In this document: positions 26,508 through 29,565 of the stretch, in pieces | Layout: every line of letters starts with the position of its first letter | How positions within the stretch are numbered: the stretch's first letter is position 1 | From: an uncultured Candidatus Saccharibacteria bacterium | Lineage (GTDB): Bacteria > Patescibacteriota > Saccharimonadia > Saccharimonadales > UBA4665 | Length of the DNA: 29,565 bases | Assembly (NCBI GenBank): GCA_964446315.1 | Contig: CAYUNY010000001.1 | Span: forward strand, 1-29,565 | Direction: 5' to 3' | Program-made: the position numbers and the translations under genes | Notes under the pieces: model-generated | Database searches by the model: none | Seen by the model: only the letters and a program-made list of their open reading frames with translations | Told to the model about the DNA's origin: nothing

Positions 26508-27596
26508 ATGAGCCGTATTGTTATCGACGCCCGCGAGTGGAGCACCTCAAGTGGGCGCTATGTGAGCAACTTGGTCCGTGAGTTGGAAAAGATCGATAAG
26601 ACCAACGCTTACACGGTTCTGCTGAAGCCCCGTGACATGGACGCGTGGGAGCCCGCCAACTCCAATTTTCGTAAACTGGCCTGTTCTTATAAGGAATTTA
26701 CGTTCGGCGAGCAGTTGGGCTTTAAAAAACAGCTCGATGGGCTCGGCGCCGACCTGGTTCATTTTGGAATGGCCCAACAGCCCGTCCGTTACGGTGGTAA
26801 AACCGTCACCACCATGAACGACCTGACGACCCTGCGCTTCACCAATCCCGCCAAACACCCCGTGGTCTTCTGGTTCAAACAGCGCGTCTACGCCTGGCTC
26901 AACAAAAAAGTGGCGCACAAAGCCTCGGCCATTATTACCTATTCGCAGTTCGTGAAAGACGATGTTGTGCGCTATGCGGGTATTGAGCCGGACAAGGTCA
27001 CCGTGACGCACCTGGCCGCCACCGCTATCACCGATGAGCCGGAGCCGATCATTAGCCTGCAGGACAAGCAGTTCCTGATGTACGTCGGGCGGCCGACGCC
27101 GCACAAGAACCTCGAAAGGCTGATCGAGGCCTTTGTGGAACTCAAACACCGCCATCCCGATCTGGTGCTGGTGCTGGCCGGCCGCAAAGACGCCAATTAT
27201 GAACGGATTGAGTCCGATGTTCGGCAACATACTATCAAAAATGTTGTTTTCACGGGTCATGTAAGCGAGGGGCGGCTTCGCTGGCTGTACGAAAACTGCG
27301 CGGCCTACGTTTTCCCGTCGTTGAGCGAAGGTTTTGGCCTGCCGGGGCTGGAGGCCATGGTTCAGGGCGCGCCGGTCGTTAGCAGTAACGCCACTTGCCT
27401 GCCCGAAATTTACGGCGACGCCGCTTTGTACTTTGACCCGTTGGAAGTTTCTGCCATCGCCTACGCCATTAATAAGGTTTTAACCAACAAGAGCCTGCGG
27501 GCCGACTTGGTCGAGAAAGGCCGTGACCAGTCCGCCAGATATTCTTGGCGGCGCATGGCCGAACAAACCCTGGCCGTCTACAACAAGGTGCTCTAG
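26508..27596 (+). CDS. GT4 glycosyltransferase (MtfB/WbpY-like; GDP-Man or GDP-D-Rha donor likely)
   Basis: IVIDAR, GRYVSNL, TMNDL, YVGRPTPHKNLERL, FPSLSEGFGLPGLEAM, LPEIYGDAA, YSWRRMAEQT. Confidence 0.9.
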   Translation: MSRIVIDAREWSTSSGRYVSNLVRELEKIDKTNAYTVLLKPRDMDAWEPANSNFRKLACSYKEFTFGEQLGFKKQLDGLGADLVHFGMAQQPVRYGGKTVTTMNDLTTLRFTNPAKHPVVFWFKQRVYAWLNKKVAHKASAIITYSQFVKDDVVRYAGIEPDKVTVTHLAATAITDEPEPIISLQDKQFLMYVGRPTPHKNLERLIEAFVELKHRHPDLVLVLAGRKDANYERIESDVRQHTIKNVVFTGHVSEGRLRWLYENCAAYVFPSLSEGFGLPGLEAMVQGAPVVSSNATCLPEIYGDAALYFDPLEVSAIAYAINKVLTNKSLRADLVEKGRDQSARYSWRRMAEQTLAVYNKVL

Positions 27597-28063
27597 ACTT
27601 CTTCTTCGCGCTTCAGGACGATGTGCCGGTCGCGGCCTTCACCGGTTGATTCGCTGGTCAGGCCGTATTCGGCGGCCAATTTGTGGACAATCCGCCGGTC
27701 GGCGGCGTTCATCGGTTCCAGGTCCATCGGTTTGCCGCTGTCGCGCACCTGCTTGACCCACTCTTCAGCCCGGTCGCGAAGGCGGTCGGCGCGCTGTTTC
27801 TTGTAGTCGGCAATGTCGACGTTAACGCGGCTGAAGGCGTAGTTATTGTTCCTTAAAACCGTGCTGGCCAGGTATTGCAGGCTACGCATGTTCTCGCCGC
27901 GCTGGCCGATCAGGAAGCCGTTGAGGTGCGTGCTGGGCACGTTGAGCTGGATGACTTCATCGTCGCTGGTGGCGTAAACGTCGGTGTTGAGCCCGAAAAA
28001 CGATAGAAGGTCTTCCAGGTACTTTTTGGCGAATAAAATGGCCTCTTCCATGGACTCGTTCAT
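27593..28063 (-). CDS. jag: Jag/EloR-family RNA-binding protein (KH + R3H only)
   Basis: KH motif LIGQRGENMRSLQ; R3H motif MNAADRRIVH; STGEGRDRHIVL. Directly downstream of yidC. Confidence 0.9.
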   Translation of the reverse strand: MNESMEEAILFAKKYLEDLLSFFGLNTDVYATSDDEVIQLNVPSTHLNGFLIGQRGENMRSLQYLASTVLRNNNYAFSRVNVDIADYKKQRADRLRDRAEEWVKQVRDSGKPMDLEPMNAADRRIVHKLAAEYGLTSESTGEGRDRHIVLKREEEV

Positions 28064-28974
28064 TTTCGCTTCTTCCGCTTGGCCCTCTTGGCTTTCTGGG
28101 GCTTAACAACCTCGGCTTCGGGAATTTCGGCTACGTTCTTAGATGGCCTGTCGGCTATAGATTCCATTTCGGCCTCGTCGCGGTTCAGGACGATGGCCTG
28201 CTGGATGTAGGCCACCACGCCGCCGACGAACCAGTAAAGGCTCAGGGCCGACGGAATGTTGACCGTGAAGACAAAGATCATCAACGGGATCAGGTAGCGG
28301 GTACTGCGGCCAACGGCGGCGTTAACCTCGGCCTGGTCGGCCTGCTTGCCACTGCCGGCTTCTTTTAGAATGGTCCGCAAGCCGCGCTGGTCTTTCTCGT
28401 TGGGCATTAACTGTTTTGCGGTGTAGTACTGGGCGACGGCACTGCCGATGACAATAAACATGGCCGGCCAGTAAATCCCGCCGTGGGGGCTGAGAGCGGC
28501 GCGGCCCAGGTTGACGACGCCAAACAGGGTGTTGTCGAACTGGTGGATGTTATGCGACAGGTTTTGGATCCAGGCGAAATGATGCAGGAAGGGGTAGGAG
28601 AAGCTGATAATGCTGTGCGGGTCGTTAATAATGCGCCGCAGGCCGCTGTACAGGCCGATCAGCACGAACAGCTGGACTATCAGCACCGGGAAGGTGCCAA
28701 AGGGGTTGATGCCGCGCTCTTTATAGAGTTCCATGAGCATTTGCGATTCGCGCTGGCGGTTACCCTTGGTCTCTTTCTTAATGCGCCTTATCTCGGGTTG
28801 GAGGCGGCGCATGGCCCTGGCCTGGTGAAGCTGTTTCTTGACTAGCGGCCACAGCAATAGGCGGATGATAATGGTAAATATGATCAGCGCCAGCCCGAAA
28901 TTGTGCCCGGGCAGTAGGGCGTAAATAAATACCAACAGGTTAAATAGCGGTTGTACGATAATTGTGGTGAACAT
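28060..28974 (-). CDS. yidC: Membrane protein insertase YidC/Oxa1, short form
   Basis: FGLALIIFTIIIRLLLWPL, LQPEI, LYKERGINP, IPSALSLYW. Basic C-terminal tail; canonical gene context. Confidence 0.93.
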   Translation of the reverse strand: MFTTIIVQPLFNLLVFIYALLPGHNFGLALIIFTIIIRLLLWPLVKKQLHQARAMRRLQPEIRRIKKETKGNRQRESQMLMELYKERGINPFGTFPVLIVQLFVLIGLYSGLRRIINDPHSIISFSYPFLHHFAWIQNLSHNIHQFDNTLFGVVNLGRAALSPHGGIYWPAMFIVIGSAVAQYYTAKQLMPNEKDQRGLRTILKEAGSGKQADQAEVNAAVGRSTRYLIPLMIFVFTVNIPSALSLYWFVGGVVAYIQQAIVLNRDEAEMESIADRPSKNVAEIPEAEVVKPQKAKRAKRKKRK

Positions 28975-29135
28975 AATTTACATCTACTATATCAGGAATG
29001 CGCCGGCGCGCGGCTACCTGTCTTTCGCACCATAAGTTTTGGTGACCATATAAAATCCGCATAAGAATGGTATAAGAAACGCCTAAATCTTATATGCTTT
29101 TTATGTGTTTCTTGGGGGTAGGGAAAAGTTTAGCG

Positions 29136-29477
29136 TTATTGGGCCGTTTTCTTTAAAAGATCGATTACCAGCGCCTGCACCTTCGTGGCGTCCAGCGTGG
29201 CCAGCTGATCGCTGTAGACCGTAAAGACCAGGTCGGTACCGGGTTTAATGGTTTCGCCGGCCAGGCGAACTTGTTCGTAAACCCGGCGGCGGATACGGTT
29301 GCGGACAACGGCCGATTTGTTTACTTTGCGACTGACCACCACGGCTACCCGGTAAGGCCGGCCGCCGCCGCGGCTGGTGAATTTGAGGCTTATAAGCTGG
29401 CCCCTGGCGTTCTGACCGCGCTGATAAACGCCTTTCAGGCTGTTATAGCCGTGAAAGCGGTGGCTTTTGCCCAGCAT
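29136..29477 (-). CDS. rnpA: Ribonuclease P protein component
   Basis: HRF, RVAVVVSRKV and the RNR motif AVVRNRIRRR. Between rpmH and yidC. Confidence 0.95.
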   Translation of the reverse strand: MLGKSHRFHGYNSLKGVYQRGQNARGQLISLKFTSRGGGRPYRVAVVVSRKVNKSAVVRNRIRRRVYEQVRLAGETIKPGTDLVFTVYSDQLATLDATKVQALVIDLLKKTAQ

Positions 29478-29481
29478 GGCT

Positions 29482-29565
29482 TTAGGCCGATATTTTAGCG
29501 CGGCCTTTTTGGCGGCGGCGTTTCAGGACGTTGCGGCCGGCTTTGCTGGCCATGCGCTTCATAAA
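29482..29565 (-). CDS. rpmH: 50S ribosomal protein L34, 3' part (not in the ORF track)
   Basis: The reverse strand translates FMKRMASKAGRNVLKRRRQKGRAKISA*, the L34 C-terminus, immediately upstream of rnpA. Confidence 0.95.
   Translation of the reverse strand, partial: FMKRMASKAGRNVLKRRRQKGRAKISA

Noticed and set aside
26547-27260. 237-aa minus-strand ORF opposite the GT4
   Set aside because: A codon-register shadow of a GC-rich gene with no motifs.
28975-29565. oriC or DnaA boxes
   Set aside because: I saw no TTATCCACA-type cluster. The origin would be expected upstream of rpmH, outside the window.

Overview
A 29.6-kb bacterial window that is almost entirely one surface-glycan locus. It is bounded on the left by the 3' part of glmS and on the right by the housekeeping block jag-yidC-rnpA-rpmH, which normally sits beside dnaA/oriC. 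TGA is used as a stop (code 11). Tight gene packing, apparently leaderless starts, a minimal YidC and Jag, and the secreted-protein families suggest Patescibacteria (possibly Saccharimonadia); this taxonomy is inference. Sugar supply genes: glmS, a HAD-IIB eukaryote-type phosphomannomutase, manC, rmlBCDA (dTDP-L-Rha), gmd plus rmd (GDP-D-Rha), a UDP-uronate 4-epimerase-like SDR and an NDP-sugar C-methyltransferase. Assembly and export genes: a 1019-aa GT2-GT2-WsaF-like(GT4) polymerase, a methyltransferase with a coiled-coil tail, Wzm/Wzt (Wzt with a C-terminal extension), and two further GT4s and a GT2. A separate lipid-linked module contains a Dpm1/GtrB-like GT2, GtrA and two tandem GT-C-like membrane paralogs. 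Two exported Ser/Thr-rich proteins sit inside the cluster. The most notable sequence-level observation is a 33-bp imperfect direct repeat carrying overlapping bidirectional -10 boxes, which flanks a 2.4-kb GT4/epimerase cassette. I found no rRNA, tRNA, CRISPR, transposase or integrase. All family assignments come from motif recognition by eye, not database searches.
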